Shown: in pieces, positions 63,108-64,000 of the stretch
Layout: the number at the start of each line of letters is the position of its first letter
How positions within the stretch are numbered: the first letter of the stretch is position 1
Assembly: GCA_963718235.1 (NCBI GenBank)
Contig: CAVQYR010000001.1
Span: forward strand, 160,001-224,000
DNA: 64,000 bases
Reading direction: 5' to 3'
Source of the DNA: an uncultured Actinomycetota bacterium
Lineage (GTDB): Bacteria; Actinomycetota; Actinomycetes; JAHEKZ01
The notes under the pieces: model-generated
Database searches by the model: none
What the model saw: only the letters and a program-made list of their open reading frames with translations
Told to the model about the DNA's origin: nothing
Translations under genes and position numbers: made by a program

Positions 63108-63172
63108 CTGTGGACGACGCGCCCGGGATCGGTGGATTGGGGTGAATCGCCTGTGGACAACCCGTGGACAAC
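63108..63172. promoter_or_regulatory. DnaA-box-like motifs between murT and the MATE gene
   Basis: TGTGGACGA (63109), TGTGGACAA (63152; reverse complement TTGTCCACA), CGTGGACAA (63163). Confidence 0.55.
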
Positions 63173-64000
63173 GCGTAGACAGCCTCGACGCCGGCTGCGG
63201 GTACCGTCGCGCCTCGTGCGCCTGGACTCCCGTGACCGAGCGATCCTCGCCCTGGCCGTCCCGGCGTTCGGGGCGCTGGTCGCCGAGCCGCTGTTCCTGC
63301 TGGCCGACGCCGCCGTTGTCGGCACGCTCGGGACGGCCCCGCTGGCCGGGCTGGGCGTTGCCGGCACGGTGCTGGCGACCACCGTCGGCCTGTGCGTCTT
63401 CCTCGCCTACGGGACGACCGCGGTCGTGGCCCGCCGGGTCGGGGCCGGGCGACCCGACGACGCCCTTCGGCTGGGCGCCGACGCGCTCTGGCTCGGCGTC
63501 ACACTCGGCGTCGGTCTGATCGTGGTCGGCCAGGTGCTCACCCCCGCGTTGGTCTCGTGGCTGGGCGCCTCGGCCACAGCGACCCCCTACGCCACCGACT
63601 ACCTGCGGGTCAGTCTGCTCGGGCTACCCGCGGTGATGCTCTCCTTCGCGGCAGTCGGCGTGCTGCGCGGGCTGCAGGACACCCGCACTCCCCTGGTCGT
63701 CACCGTGGCCACCGCCACGCTCAACGTGCTCCTGGACGTCTGGTTCGTCCTTGGGCTCGGCCACGGTGTGGCCGGGTCGGCCTGGGCCACCGTGCTCGCC
63801 CAGACCGCGGGGTCAGTGGTCTACGTCGCCGTCGTGGTCCGCCGTTCGCGCCCATACTCGGTCAGCTGGTGGCCCGACGCCGAGGGCGTGCGGGAGACCG
63901 CGCGGCTCGGCGGGCCGCTGTTCCTGCGCACGGTGGCCCTCCGAGTCGTCTTCGTCGTGTCGGTGTCGGTCGCCGCGCAGGCAGGCGACGCCGACCTGGC
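63153..64000 (+). CDS. MATE/DinF-family efflux transporter (partial)
   Basis: My translation: DRAILALAVPAFGALVAEPLFLLADAAVVG...FLAYGTT...GVLRGLQDTRTPL; start at GTG 63153 or 63216; runs off the window. Confidence 0.9.
   Translation, partial: MDNPWTTRRQPRRRLRVPSRLVRLDSRDRAILALAVPAFGALVAEPLFLLADAAVVGTLGTAPLAGLGVAGTVLATTVGLCVFLAYGTTAVVARRVGAGRPDDALRLGADALWLGVTLGVGLIVVGQVLTPALVSWLGASATATPYATDYLRVSLLGLPAVMLSFAAVGVLRGLQDTRTPLVVTVATATLNVLLDVWFVLGLGHGVAGSAWATVLAQTAGSVVYVAVVVRRSRPYSVSWWPDAEGVRETARLGGPLFLRTVALRVVFVVSVSVAAQAGDADL

Noticed and set aside
60812-63172. DnaA-box cluster as oriC
   Set aside because: No dnaA/dnaN, no AT-rich unwinding element and few boxes.

Overview
64 kb of core chromosome from a high-GC actinobacterium. 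It is densely coding, with no phage, integrase, transposase or CRISPR-Cas. The backbone carries pyrE, a clpB-hspR-dnaJ-grpE-dnaK heat-shock cluster (HAIR operator plus SigR/SigH-type promoter), a FadF-like Fe-S oxidoreductase, dcd, tRNA-Gly(CCC), a FadE5-like acyl-CoA dehydrogenase, pdhABC/bkd, a devR/devS-cydABDC hypoxia module, a hisC/pat aminotransferase, rsgA, dnaB, murT/gatD and a MATE transporter. The most notable observations are: (1) a 62-bp palindromic repeat family in 3 copies, two of which exactly bracket a small membrane-protein gene like a cassette and supply its start and stop codons, plus a second hairpin family with a compensatory change and an AbiEi/DUF559-like nuclease gene that itself ends inside a ~60-bp hairpin; (2) a sulfur/thiol module (ECF sigma fused to a ZAS zinc finger, DUF2892, rhodanese lipoprotein under a CsoR-type operator, thiol-methyltransferase-like gene); (3) a divergent MurT/GatD pair whose GatD lacks the catalytic Cys; (4) a uORF and WhiB7-like promoter ahead of rsgA; (5) four single-base insertions (aminotransferase, dnaJ, dnaK end, EamA) that look like sequencing errors, one producing an apparent DnaK-GrpE fusion. 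All calls come from motif recognition by eye; no database searches were run.
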